Part shown: piece after piece, positions 54,316-64,000 of the stretch
Layout: each line of letters begins with the position of its first letter
Numbering within the stretch: position 1 is the stretch's first letter
Assembly: GCA_038884755.1 (NCBI GenBank)
Contig: JAWABJ010000001.1
Coordinates: 224,001 to 288,000, forward strand
Length of the DNA stretch: 64,000 bases
Source: Candidatus Norongarragalinales archaeon
GTDB taxonomy: Archaea > Micrarchaeota > Micrarchaeia > Norongarragalinales > Norongarragalinaceae
Reading direction: 5' to 3'
Position numbers and translations under genes: made by a program
The notes under the pieces: generated by a model
Database searches by the model: none
Told to the model about the DNA's origin: nothing
The model's input: only the letters and a program-made list of their open reading frames with translations

Positions 54316-55644
54316 ATGCGCCGCATTCGCCTTGCGCGGGATTTGGGTTTTTGGGATTCCGTGCTTTTGGGCATAGGCTTTATAGTAGGCTCGGGAATTT
54401 TCATAATGCCCGTAGTCGCGGCGCAGACTGCAGGCTCTTGGTCTATTTTCGCTTGGTTTGCCGCGGGATTGTACACCATACTTACTGGATTGTGCTTCGC
54501 GGAGTTGGCGGTGCGCAGTCCAAAAGCAGGCGGGTTGTACGCGTATGCTCACGATGTTTTCGGGGATTTCCTCGGCTTTTTCACCGGCTACTCGTTTTGG
54601 TTGGGGTATTGGATTACTATTGCAGTGGAAATGCTCGCGTTGGCGTGGTATTTGAGTTTTTTCACGGGCCTTTCGTTCGAACTGCGCCTTGCTATTGCCG
54701 TTTTCATCGGGTTCGTTTTCACGCTAATAAACTACAAGGGCGTGAGGCTGGGAAGCAGCACTGAAGACGTTCTTACCGTAGGAAAACTCGTTCCACTGGG
54801 AATTCTTGTAGTCGCTGGCTTGGCTTCGTTCAACCCCAGCGTTTTTTCCGCAGGCTTCGCAGCCGTGAATGCTGGACACATCGCTTTAGCATTCCTTTCT
54901 TCGTTCATTCTCGTGCTGTGGGCTTTTCAAGGAGTGGAAATAATAACCGTTCCGCAAGAGGAAATCAAGAACGCCAAGAAAACCGTGCCTAAAGCCATAA
55001 TCGTTTCAGTCTTGAGCGTAATGGCTTTGTACCTGCTCATTGCGCTTGTCGTGCTGGGCAGCGTGGACTGGAAGAATTTCGCCGCTTCGGAATCAGCGTT
55101 GGCCGACATAAGCGAAGTTTTGATAGGAGGTTGGGGCGGGGCGCTTTTGGCAATAGGCGGCTTGGTTTCGATCCTCGGTGCTTTGAATGCGGTAATCCTC
55201 GCTTCCGCACGCATAAGCTTTGCAATGGCTCGAGACGGGCTTTTCCCGAGGCTTTTCGAGCACTTGCACGGCAGGCATGCGACGCCCGACTACGCCTTGA
55301 TTTTGCAGTTTGTTTTCGCTGCTTTGCTCGTGTGGTTGTACCGTGACTTCATTTTCTTGGCTTCGCTTGCGGTGTTCTTCACGCTCATACCTTGGTTTTT
55401 GAGCTGCCTGGCTGCGTGGAGAGTGCAATTGCGGGAGCACAAGCACAGCATTCTCAACCACGTCGCTGTCCCGACTCTCGCGACGGTTTTCACTGCCCTT
55501 CTCATAGTATACCTGCTTCCACAATACTGGCCGTTCGCCTTGCTGAGCGGAATCCTTGGTTTGGCTTACTTTTCAGTCAAAAAACGAGAGCACAGAACGC
55601 GCTTTCACGTGCGGGGGGAGGAAAGCAAAACGCTCAAGCCCTAA
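54316..55644 (+). CDS. APC-family amino acid permease
   Basis: IVGSGIF, FAELAVRSPKAGGLY, AFQGVE..EEIKN, ARISFAMARDG; ~12 TMs. Confidence 0.92.
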   Translation: MRRIRLARDLGFWDSVLLGIGFIVGSGIFIMPVVAAQTAGSWSIFAWFAAGLYTILTGLCFAELAVRSPKAGGLYAYAHDVFGDFLGFFTGYSFWLGYWITIAVEMLALAWYLSFFTGLSFELRLAIAVFIGFVFTLINYKGVRLGSSTEDVLTVGKLVPLGILVVAGLASFNPSVFSAGFAAVNAGHIALAFLSSFILVLWAFQGVEIITVPQEEIKNAKKTVPKAIIVSVLSVMALYLLIALVVLGSVDWKNFAASESALADISEVLIGGWGGALLAIGGLVSILGALNAVILASARISFAMARDGLFPRLFEHLHGRHATPDYALILQFVFAALLVWLYRDFIFLASLAVFFTLIPWFLSCLAAWRVQLREHKHSILNHVAVPTLATVFTALLIVYLLPQYWPFALLSGILGLAYFSVKKREHRTRFHVRGEESKTLKP

Positions 55645-56560
55645 ACCGCAAAGGAAATTTTGAAGCGTGAAAGCCGATTTTTTCCCAAACCCTTTCCGGT
55701 GTCAAAGCCTTTAGTTCTTGAACGAGGCTTTCATCTTCCAAGTCTTTGTAGCCCAAAGGCACGTCCACGCCGTCTATGCGCTTTCCGTCTTTCGAAACGT
55801 GCAGCGAGAACGGCGCACGGCATAGTTTTCCAGAAGGCGTTTGTGAAGGGTCGAGCACGAGCATTCGGTTTTTTTTCTCGTGCCCTCCGCTAACTTTGAA
55901 CGAAACTTGCTTTTGCACTTCGGCCGCCCATTTGCCTGTGAACGTAGAGAGAGGATTTTTCTCTGAATACTGCACTGTCTTCGCATAATCGCTTGCCGGC
56001 ATTTGCTTTTGCAAAAGCAAGAAAACGTGGAACGAACTTCCAGTCCAGCAAACCAGCAAATCGTGTTTTAGTGGAAAGTCTTTGTCGTCTTGAATTGCGT
56101 TCACGAAATGCAATGCTGCTTGTTGCGCCTGTTCTTGCGTAATCCCCTCGCCCCTGTCTAAATCAAAGAAAATTCGTTCGATGGGCTTGCCTGGGTTCTC
56201 GTTGTTCGTGGCGTAAAGCAATTCGCTTAGCTTTCGCGGAACGAAATAACGCCACGCGAGTTCTTGTTTTTTCGAAAGCCAGCCGGTTTTTCTGACGTCC
56301 GCCAAATGCCCTTTGCGCAATTCGAGAAGCTCGGAGGTTATAACGCTTTCGTCGGCCAGGTTTTCAACCCACAGCGGCGGCAGTTCGCTGCCGCGCTTGA
56401 GCAAAGGGCGGTATGACGGAATCCAGTTTTTGGCCGCGAGTTCTTTTCCCTTCAAAAACTTGCGGAGTTTGCGGGCGACGAGCGAATAGTAAAGCAATAC
56501 GTCCAAATCGCCGTAAGGCTCTAGAAGGCTTTTCGAAGCGAGCTTTTCAAGCTTGTTCAC
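55634..56560 (-). CDS. Stand-alone archaeo-eukaryotic primase/polymerase (LigD PolDom-like)
   Basis: IFFDLD (motif I), TGSSFHV (motif II), LDPSQ..RAPFSLH (motif III), VPL. Confidence 0.7.
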   Translation of the reverse strand: MNKLEKLASKSLLEPYGDLDVLLYYSLVARKLRKFLKGKELAAKNWIPSYRPLLKRGSELPPLWVENLADESVITSELLELRKGHLADVRKTGWLSKKQELAWRYFVPRKLSELLYATNNENPGKPIERIFFDLDRGEGITQEQAQQAALHFVNAIQDDKDFPLKHDLLVCWTGSSFHVFLLLQKQMPASDYAKTVQYSEKNPLSTFTGKWAAEVQKQVSFKVSGGHEKKNRMLVLDPSQTPSGKLCRAPFSLHVSKDGKRIDGVDVPLGYKDLEDESLVQELKALTPERVWEKIGFHASKFPLRFRA

Positions 56561-56578
56561 AAAACGAACAAGAAAAAC

Positions 56579-58558
56579 TCAAATTAAAAGCAGCGAGTTG
56601 GCGACTATCGCGCTTGCGAAGACCAGCGAAACGGTATTGACGACTTTAATCAACGCGTTGAGCGAAGGGCCGGCAGTGTCTTTGAACGGGTCTCCCACAG
56701 TGTCGCCTACGACTGCGGCTTTGTGCGCGTCGCTTCCCTTGCCGCCGTAGGCTCCTTCTTCAATATACTTTTTCGAGTTATCCCAAGCCGCTCCGCTGGT
56801 TGTCATGAAAATCGCGAGCAAAAAGCCCGATGCGATTGCCCCTGCAAGAAACCCGCCTAAAGCTTGCGCTCCGAACAAAAACCCTATGGTTAAGGGAGTA
56901 AACACAGCAATCGCGCCGGGAACCATCAACTCGCGCAAAGCGCTTGCAGTGGCTATATCCACCGCCTTCGCGTAATCTGGTTTGGCTTTTCCAGCCATCA
57001 GGCTCTTGATTTGCCTGAATTGCCTTCGCACTTCCTCGACGATTTCAAACGCAGCTTTTCCTACTGCTTTCATCAAGAACGAAGAGAACACGAAAGGCAT
57101 CAACGCGCCGATGAACAAGCCTACGACAACAGACGGGTTGAGAAGGTTTATTGCTGCAACGCCGGTTGACTCGGCGAAAGCCGCGAACAACGCTAATGCA
57201 CCGAGGGCAGCGCCTGCAATCGCAAATCCCTTCGTTGTCGCTTTCGTAGTATTTCCAACAGCATCCAACGGGTCTGTCACGCGCCTTACGCTTGGCGGCA
57301 TTCCGCTCATTTCAGCAATTCCGCCAGCGTTATCCGTGATGGGACCGTAAGCGTCTAGGGTGATGATTATGCCAGTAAGCGAAAGCATTGTCGTAGCCGC
57401 CAACGCCACGAGGTAAACTCCCATTGCAGGGTTGCCGCCGCCGAGCGAATAGGACAAGGCGATTGCCGAGACTATGACCAACGCAGGCAAGGCGGTGCTT
57501 TCTAGGCCCACGGCCAGCCCTTGGATCAAGTTCGTTCCCGCACCGGTTTTAGCCGCAATCGCGATTTCCTTGACTGGCCTGTATTCCTTTGCCGTGTAGT
57601 ATTCCGTAATCAAGCCTATGAGCATCGTTACGGCAACGCCGATGAGCGAAGCGTAGAACAACTGCGTGTTGTTTTGCGTGAAAAACCAAAACCCGATTAT
57701 TGCAAAAACAGCCGTCGCAATAACCCCTTTGTACAGCGCGTGCATGATGTTTTTGCTTTTGCCTAGGGAAACAAACCATACGCCCAACGCCGAAGCAATC
57801 GCTCCAACCGCGCCTATCAAAAGCGGGAGAGTGACGTAATCGGGGCCTAACGCGACGCCCAAAAGCATGGAAGCGATTATCGTAACAGTGTAAGATTCGA
57901 ACAAATCTGCAGCCATTCCGGCGCAGTCGCCAACGTTGTCCCCGACGTTGTCGGCGATGACCGCGGGATTGCGCGGGTCGTCTTCGGGAATGCCTTTCTC
58001 GACTTTCCCGACCAAATCCGCCCCAACGTCCGCGGCTTTAGTGTATATGCCGCCGCCAACCCTTGCGAACAGCGAAATGAGCGAAGCTCCGAATCCGAAG
58101 CCGATCAAAACCGCCAGGTCTTTGAAGAGGACGTATATTCCTGCAACGCCTATAAGCCCCAACCCTACGAGCGCCATTCCCGTGACGCTTCCGCCTTTCA
58201 CTGCGACGTTCAACGCCTTGTCAAGGCCTTGTTCGGCAGCTTGTGCCGCGCGCACGTTGGCGCGCACGCTTACCATCATTCCTATATACCCTGCTAGAGC
58301 AGATGCGATTACTCCGACGAAAAACGCTATTGCCGCGTTCCATCCTGAGAAAAAGCCTATCAACGCGAACAAAACCACGACGAAAAACACTAGCGTTTTG
58401 TATTGCCTGAAGAGGTAGGCTTGCGCGCCTTCCTGGATGGCGGAAGCGATTTCCTGCATTTTGCGGTTGCCGGCGTTCTGCTGCAAAACCCACCAAACCA
58501 AGTACGCGGCAAAAAGAAGGACTATCACTCCTGCTGCCAAAGCGATTTCCAAAACCAC
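56579..58558 (-). CDS. hppA: Membrane-bound H+-translocating pyrophosphatase (K+-independent signature)
   Basis: DVGADLVGKVE, EDDPRN, DNVGDNVGD, DAVGNTTKA, GDTVGDPFKD; GTG start inferred. Confidence 0.95.
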   Translation of the reverse strand: MVLEIALAAGVIVLLFAAYLVWWVLQQNAGNRKMQEIASAIQEGAQAYLFRQYKTLVFFVVVLFALIGFFSGWNAAIAFFVGVIASALAGYIGMMVSVRANVRAAQAAEQGLDKALNVAVKGGSVTGMALVGLGLIGVAGIYVLFKDLAVLIGFGFGASLISLFARVGGGIYTKAADVGADLVGKVEKGIPEDDPRNPAVIADNVGDNVGDCAGMAADLFESYTVTIIASMLLGVALGPDYVTLPLLIGAVGAIASALGVWFVSLGKSKNIMHALYKGVIATAVFAIIGFWFFTQNNTQLFYASLIGVAVTMLIGLITEYYTAKEYRPVKEIAIAAKTGAGTNLIQGLAVGLESTALPALVIVSAIALSYSLGGGNPAMGVYLVALAATTMLSLTGIIITLDAYGPITDNAGGIAEMSGMPPSVRRVTDPLDAVGNTTKATTKGFAIAGAALGALALFAAFAESTGVAAINLLNPSVVVGLFIGALMPFVFSSFLMKAVGKAAFEIVEEVRRQFRQIKSLMAGKAKPDYAKAVDIATASALRELMVPGAIAVFTPLTIGFLFGAQALGGFLAGAIASGFLLAIFMTTSGAAWDNSKKYIEEGAYGGKGSDAHKAAVVGDTVGDPFKDTAGPSLNALIKVVNTVSLVFASAIVANSLLLI

Positions 58559-58665
58559 TCTAAACCACCCCAAGAATTCCCCCGCATAGCGTGAGAAAAG
58601 AACAATATATAATTGCATTTCGTCTTTTAAACTTGATATTCGAGTTTGAATCAGGGTGAAATAAA

Positions 58666-59517
58666 GTGAATTTTGCCGACCAGCTTATAAAAACCGTTGA
58701 AAAAAAGAATTCGCGCGTTTGCGTCGGGCTCGATCCTGTTTTCGAAGTCTTGCCCTCGCAATTTCGCTCTTTCCCGGACAAAGGCAAGGCCGTTTTCGAA
58801 TTCAACAAGCGCATCATACACGAAGTGAAGGGGCATTGCGTTTGCGTCAAGCCTAACCTAGCGTTCTATCTTGCGTTGGGCGAAGGCGGGTGGACTGCGT
58901 TGAAAAAAACGGTCGATTGCGCGAAAAGCGAAGGGCTTCTCGTAGTCTTGGACGCTAAGGCGAACGACATAGGAAATACGGCGCAGGCTTACGCCGACGC
59001 TTTTTTCGACGGACTCAATGCCGACGCGGTTACGATAAACCCGTTTTTGGGGAGCGACGCTTTGTTGCCTTTCTTAAAGGATTGCGGGAGGGACAAGGGC
59101 GTTTTCGTTTTGGTCAAGACTTCCAACGATTCTTCAAGCGAATTCCAGGGTTTGAAAGTGAGCGAGAGGAAAACTTTGAGTGAAGAAATCGCACGAAAGG
59201 TTGTCGAGTGGGAGGAGTACGGTTTGGGAAGCGAAGGGTACTCGAGCATAGGCGCTGTCGTGGGCGCGACTTTTCCCGAGCAGGCGAAGAAACTGCGCAG
59301 GATAATGAAAAAACAGTTTTTTCTCGTTCCCGGCTACGGCGCGCAAGGCGCGAGCGCGAAAAGCGTCAAAAACTTTTTCGACGACGAAGGTCTGGGGGCG
59401 ATAGTGAATTCTTCCCGTGGTATAATCTACGCTTCGGGGGGAAGTGATTTCGCGGAAGCAGCGGACAAAGCCGCCGAGAAAATGAAGAACGAGATTAACG
59501 AGGCTTTGGGCGTTTAA
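58666..59517 (+). CDS. pyrF: Orotidine 5'-phosphate decarboxylase
   Basis: VGLDP, KPNLAFY, DAKANDIGNT, GAVVGAT, LVPGYGAQG, NSSRGI. Confidence 0.95.
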   Translation: MNFADQLIKTVEKKNSRVCVGLDPVFEVLPSQFRSFPDKGKAVFEFNKRIIHEVKGHCVCVKPNLAFYLALGEGGWTALKKTVDCAKSEGLLVVLDAKANDIGNTAQAYADAFFDGLNADAVTINPFLGSDALLPFLKDCGRDKGVFVLVKTSNDSSSEFQGLKVSERKTLSEEIARKVVEWEEYGLGSEGYSSIGAVVGATFPEQAKKLRRIMKKQFFLVPGYGAQGASAKSVKNFFDDEGLGAIVNSSRGIIYASGGSDFAEAADKAAEKMKNEINEALGV

Positions 59518-59522
59518 GCAAC

Positions 59523-60518
59523 GTGGTTTTTTTGAAGGAAATAGGCGATTTGCAGCATCCAGTCAAAGCTTGGACTGCTTTAACCAGGGTTATAGCACAC
59601 TTGGGGGAAATTCCACAAGAGGATTACTTGCGTAGAAACTATCCCGTCTTGGCTGAAGCGGTTGATTACCACGGCGGTTTGCATTCTTTGGTCGAAGCAA
59701 ACAAGCAAGATCTTTCAATTCTTTTGCAAAACGCCTCCGAGCGGCACGAAACTTCCTTGTTGCATTGGAGTCGTGCGATGGACGGTAACGAGCACGCGCG
59801 GGAAAAGTTAGTTGGTCTTTACAAGCGGCAGGCGGAAAGACTGGCATCAAAGCTTTATTCTCACAAGCTCCGAGGGACTTGGAAGGATTGGGTTAGAGTG
59901 GACGTTGAAGACTTGGTTCAAGAAGGGCTAGTTTCCCTTGTGCAAGCCCTTCCCCGATACGATCCTTCAAAATCCAAGTTTCCTAAGTTTGCCCACTTGG
60001 TGATGGAGGGCGCTATGAAGCACTACTTGCGCGATAAAGCGCAAGTAATCCGCAAGCCGGCATGGGTTCAAGAGCTTAGGTCTAAAATGTCCAAGGCTTT
60101 CTTCGACTACCAGTCTAGGCACGGCATGAAGCCTACTTTTGAGCAACTGGCAAAACAAGCGAACGTTCCCGTGGAGCACGTGATAGAAGCTTTCACTCAC
60201 TACCAGCCCGTTTCCTTGCAAGCGGCTTTAGATTTTGAAGGCACGGGAAAGGAAGGACGGTTTTTTCAGGAGCCGGCGGCCCGGGACGAGTTGGAGCCGC
60301 TTGCTTTGAAAATGATTTTCTACAAGGCTTTGCGTGACCACGTGAAACTGTCGAAAATGCAGGCTGTGGCGTTAGGCATGTCTGCAGATGGGCATTCTCT
60401 CGAGGAGATTGCAACGCACTTAGGAGTTTCACCCGACTCTGCAGGGCAGTTGGTTTACCAGGCGAAAAAGAAAATAAGGGAAAACCTGCTGTTCAAGCGC
60501 GAGCTTGGTATAAACTGA
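59523..60518 (+). CDS. Sigma-70 family (SigB/SigF/FliA-like) RNA polymerase sigma factor homolog
   Basis: Region 2 EDLVQEGLVSLVQALPRYDPSKSKF..MKHYLRD; IRKP; region 3 GMKPTFEQLA..PVSL; region 4 SLEEIATHLGVS..QAKKKIR. Confidence 0.85.
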   Translation: MVFLKEIGDLQHPVKAWTALTRVIAHLGEIPQEDYLRRNYPVLAEAVDYHGGLHSLVEANKQDLSILLQNASERHETSLLHWSRAMDGNEHAREKLVGLYKRQAERLASKLYSHKLRGTWKDWVRVDVEDLVQEGLVSLVQALPRYDPSKSKFPKFAHLVMEGAMKHYLRDKAQVIRKPAWVQELRSKMSKAFFDYQSRHGMKPTFEQLAKQANVPVEHVIEAFTHYQPVSLQAALDFEGTGKEGRFFQEPAARDELEPLALKMIFYKALRDHVKLSKMQAVALGMSADGHSLEEIATHLGVSPDSAGQLVYQAKKKIRENLLFKRELGIN

Positions 60519-60570
60519 AAACGCCTTTGAAGAAACGCTTGAAATATTTTCGTATAAAAAATTATTGTTT

Positions 60571-61248
60571 TTAAGCTTGTTTTGACTTTCTTTGCTTGTC
60601 TTCCTCTTCCTGCTTTCGCGAAAGCCTGCGTTTCGTAACTTTCAACGCAAAACGCAGTTCCGCCTCCAGAAGCGCGAGGTATTGAGAAATGTCTTTTATC
60701 GTTTGCTTTATGTCCGGCTGGATGTTGAACTCCAGCGCGTTGACTCGGCGGTTGGTTTTTTCGATTTCCTTCAACAAACGCTTCAAAGCCGCTTCGGTCT
60801 GCGCGAGTTTTATCGCGTATTCAAGCGAAAGCTCGAAGTCGGAAACGGCTTCGTCGAACTTGGCGCTCGAGCCCACTATGGGGTAGCCCCTTTGTTCCAA
60901 GCTCCTGTGCACGTACTCACCTTCTATCGCCGGAATCCTGACTCCCATGATGTTTTTGGTGTAAACGCTGATTTGAGGCGCGCGTTCCGACGCCAATGCC
61001 GCAGTCTGCAAAAACACGGTTCCATGAAAGGCTTCGGCGACGGCAAGACTCTTGTATGACTTTAAAACTTGGTTGTCCAACTGCGTGCGCAAGTCTTGCG
61101 CTTTCTTTATGATGGCGAAAAACTCGAGCACTAGCGCATCGCGCTTTTGCTTGAGAATCGTGTGCCCTTTCTGGGCCAGCGCGAGCTTTTGCTTTGTGTT
61201 AAGCAATTCCATTCGCGTCGGCTTGATGCCTTCCTTCATTTTTTTCAC
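60571..61248 (-). CDS. atpD: A/V-type ATP synthase subunit D
   Basis: KPTRMELL..LAQKGH.LKQKRDAL, EIEKTNRRVNALEF. Confidence 0.95.
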   Translation of the reverse strand: MKKMKEGIKPTRMELLNTKQKLALAQKGHTILKQKRDALVLEFFAIIKKAQDLRTQLDNQVLKSYKSLAVAEAFHGTVFLQTAALASERAPQISVYTKNIMGVRIPAIEGEYVHRSLEQRGYPIVGSSAKFDEAVSDFELSLEYAIKLAQTEAALKRLLKEIEKTNRRVNALEFNIQPDIKQTIKDISQYLALLEAELRFALKVTKRRLSRKQEEEDKQRKSKQA

Positions 61249-61259
61249 TTTTGCAAAAA

Positions 61260-62639
61260 CTATTTCCGGTATTTCTTTCCGTACTTTTGCAGGTGCTCGG
61301 GTTTCACCCTCTTCAACTCGCCTTCCGGAATCATGGAAAGCAAATCCCAGCCTAGCTCGAGCGACTGTTCAATGGTTCGGTTTTCGTGGTATCCTTGCTG
61401 GACGAAACGCTTTTCGAAAGCGTCGGCGAAATTCAAGAATTTCTTGTCCCTTTCCGTCAGTGCTTCCTCGCCGACTACCGCGACGAGGTTGCGCAAATCG
61501 CGTCCTTCGGCGTAGCCGGCGTAAAGCTGGTTGCTCACGCCCGAGTGGTCTTCTCGCGTGTGGCCCTCGCCAATGCCCAGGCTCATCAATCGCGACAGCG
61601 AAGGCAGGACGTCAATTGGAGGGTAGGTGTTCTTGCGGTGCAAATCACGACTCAACACTATTTGCCCTTCGGTAATATAGCCAGTAAGGTCTGGAATTGG
61701 GTGGGTGATGTCTTCCTCGGGCATGGTGAGAATGGGGATTTGCGTTACCGTTCCTTTCTTTCCATGCACCGTTCCAGCGCGCTCGTAAAGAGACGCAAGG
61801 TCGGTGTACATGTAACCAGGGTATCCGCGTCGGCCGGGCACTTCCTGGCGCGCGGCGGCGATTTCTCGCAGTGCGTCGCAGTAGTTCGTCATATCCGTGA
61901 GAATAACGAGCACCTGCATTCCCTTCTCGAAAGCAAGGTATTCTGCAGTGGTTAGGGCAAGGCGCGGCGTGATGATTCTTTCGATGCTGGGGTCGTTAGC
62001 CAAATTCAAAAACAAAACGGCTTTTTCCAATGCTCCCGTTTTTTCGAAATCGCGCATGAAGAACTGTGCTTCGGCGTTGGTGATTCCCATTGCGGCGAAC
62101 ACCACTACGAACGATTCTTCCTTGCCCAACACTGTGGCTTGCCGTGCGATTTGCACTGCCAGTTCGTTGTGAGGCAATCCTGCGGTGGAGAAAATCGGGA
62201 GTTTTTGTCCCCTGACGAGGGTGTTGAGCGCGTCAATAGTTGAAATGCCTGTTTGGATGAAGTCGTGCGGCTCTTGCCTTGAGTAAGGATTTATGGCCGC
62301 CCCGGTAACGTCAATTTTTTCTTTAGAAAGTATCGGTGAACCTCGGTCGATTGGCTCTCCGCTTCCGTTGAACACGCGCCCGAGCATTTCGCCGCTCACT
62401 GCCAATCGCAGGGTGTCTCCACTGAAGCGGATGCGCGTTTCTTTCGTGTCCAAGCCCGTAGTTACCCCGAATATTTGCACTGCGGCAAGCCCTTTAGACG
62501 ATTCCAAAACTTGTCCTTTCTTGCGCTCGCCGTCGGGAAGGATTACTTCCACCGTTTCGTTGTAAGCAGCGTCGGCAACGCCTTCGACTAAAACTATCGG
62601 CCCGAAAACTTCCCTTACGGTCTGGTATTCCTTAATCAT
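61260..62639 (-). CDS. atpB: A/V-type ATP synthase subunit B
   Basis: [42 protein letters not shown]. Confidence 0.97.
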   Translation of the reverse strand: MIKEYQTVREVFGPIVLVEGVADAAYNETVEVILPDGERKKGQVLESSKGLAAVQIFGVTTGLDTKETRIRFSGDTLRLAVSGEMLGRVFNGSGEPIDRGSPILSKEKIDVTGAAINPYSRQEPHDFIQTGISTIDALNTLVRGQKLPIFSTAGLPHNELAVQIARQATVLGKEESFVVVFAAMGITNAEAQFFMRDFEKTGALEKAVLFLNLANDPSIERIITPRLALTTAEYLAFEKGMQVLVILTDMTNYCDALREIAAARQEVPGRRGYPGYMYTDLASLYERAGTVHGKKGTVTQIPILTMPEEDITHPIPDLTGYITEGQIVLSRDLHRKNTYPPIDVLPSLSRLMSLGIGEGHTREDHSGVSNQLYAGYAEGRDLRNLVAVVGEEALTERDKKFLNFADAFEKRFVQQGYHENRTIEQSLELGWDLLSMIPEGELKRVKPEHLQKYGKKYRK

Positions 62640-62651
62640 CCAAAACCACCT

Positions 62652-64000
62652 TTATTTTGCCATCAAGCTCTTGTCCATCGAGTGCGTTATTTCAGCGCAC
62701 TTTTTTTCTATCTCGTTTTCAGGAACGCGCTTCAACTGCGCGATAGCTTCCTTTTCTTTTATGCCTACGATTTTGTCGTAAGGCATTTCGCCCGCCAGTG
62801 CAACCGCCGCCTTGTCGTAATAATGCAAAATCAGTTTGAGCATCAAATACTGTTTTTTGAGGCTGTTTGACGCGTCGACGGGGTCGAACGCGAATTGCTG
62901 CAGGAAGTCTTCGCGAATCATTTTCGCTGCATCCAAAACCAAGCGTTCTTTTTCGGGAATTGCGTCTGGCCCGATCAACTGCACGATGTTCTGGAGTTCG
63001 GCTTCCTTTTGCAGGAGCTCCATCGCCCTCATGCGTACGGACGAAAAGTCTTGCGAAACTTTTTCCGCGTACCATTCTTCGAAGTACGGGAGGTATAGCG
63101 AGTAGGATTTCAGCCAGTTGATTGCCGGAAAATGACGGCGTCTTGCCAGCGAAGCGTCGAGGGCCCAGAACGATTTCGTGATGCGCAGCGTGCCTTGGGA
63201 AACTGGCTCGCTGATGTCTCCTCCCGGCGGGGAAACAGCGCCTACGACCGTGACGCTTCCCTCGCGGTTTTTCGAGCCTATGCACTCGACGCGCCCGGAA
63301 CGTTCGTAAAACTCTGCGAGTTTTCTGGAAAGATATGCAGGATATCCTTCTTCTCCCGGCATTTCTTCCAGGCGCCCTCCTATTTCCCTCAAGGCTTCAG
63401 CCCAACGCGACGTCGAGTCGGCCATGAGCGCGACATCGAAGCCCATGTCGCGGAAGTATTCCGCAATCGTGATGCCCGTGTAAATGCTGGCTTCGCGCGC
63501 TGCGACAGGCATGTTTGAAGTGTTTGCTATAAGCACGGTTCGTTCCATCAACGGCCTTCCTGTCGTAGGGTCTTCGAGTTTGGGAAACGTGGCGAGCACT
63601 TCGGTCATTTCGTTTCCACGTTCGCCGCACCCCACGTAAACCACGATTTGCGCTTTCGCAAATTTGGCGAGCGATTGCTGCGTGACGGTCTTTCCGCTTC
63701 CGAACGGGCCGGGAATGGCCGCGGCCCCGCCCATCGCGACTGGAAAGAATGTGTCGATGATGCGCATTCCCGTTACAAGCGGTTGGTCGAAGGGCTTTTT
63801 GCTCTTGAATGGTCGCGCAACGCGCACGGGCCACTTTTGCATCATGCTGATTTTCTTTCCGCCAACGATTGCGATAGTTTCTTCGACAGTGTGCTTTCCG
63901 TCCTTTATTTCCTCGATTTTCCCTTCGACGCTCGGAGGCACTAGAATCTTGTGCACGATGTTTTTTTCCCGCACTTCGCCTATGCAGTCTCCGCCTTTCA
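62652..64000 (-). CDS. atpA: A/V-type ATP synthase subunit A (5' part beyond window)
   Basis: [37 protein letters not shown]. Confidence 0.97.
   Translation of the reverse strand, partial: KGGDCIGEVREKNIVHKILVPPSVEGKIEEIKDGKHTVEETIAIVGGKKISMMQKWPVRVARPFKSKKPFDQPLVTGMRIIDTFFPVAMGGAAAIPGPFGSGKTVTQQSLAKFAKAQIVVYVGCGERGNEMTEVLATFPKLEDPTTGRPLMERTVLIANTSNMPVAAREASIYTGITIAEYFRDMGFDVALMADSTSRWAEALREIGGRLEEMPGEEGYPAYLSRKLAEFYERSGRVECIGSKNREGSVTVVGAVSPPGGDISEPVSQGTLRITKSFWALDASLARRRHFPAINWLKSYSLYLPYFEEWYAEKVSQDFSSVRMRAMELLQKEAELQNIVQLIGPDAIPEKERLVLDAAKMIREDFLQQFAFDPVDASNSLKKQYLMLKLILHYYDKAAVALAGEMPYDKIVGIKEKEAIAQLKRVPENEIEKKCAEITHSMDKSLMAK

Overview
Archaeal chromosomal window with no CRISPR array, rRNA or transposase. 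The gene set (archaeal proS, psmB, aCPSF1, Alba, SmAP, aIF5A/aIF2beta/aIF1A, RIO1, MCM, SMC, A-type ATPase A/B/D), the giant membrane-anchored surface proteins and the intron-rich tRNAs suggest a DPANN lineage such as Micrarchaeota (inference). The ORF track misses several features. These are three tRNAs (Gln-TTG with one intron, Val-GAC, and Ala-GGC with introns at 37/38 and 59/60), a C/D box sRNA whose guides match the 23S P-loop (G2251, E. coli numbering) and the U2438 region, and several RBS-led micro-ORFs. The most unusual content is two bacterial-type global regulators in an archaeal genome: a RelA/SpoT homolog (degenerate HD, near-intact synthetase, TGS, no ZFD/ACT) and a SigB/SigF-like sigma-70 factor. 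They belong to a scattered set of divergent single-gene orphans (kinase-like, PLP-enzyme-like, repeat protein). Together with the tandem ~1,850-aa surface proteins next to the RelA homolog, they could form a host-contact/effector repertoire aimed at a bacterial partner. This is a hypothesis only.
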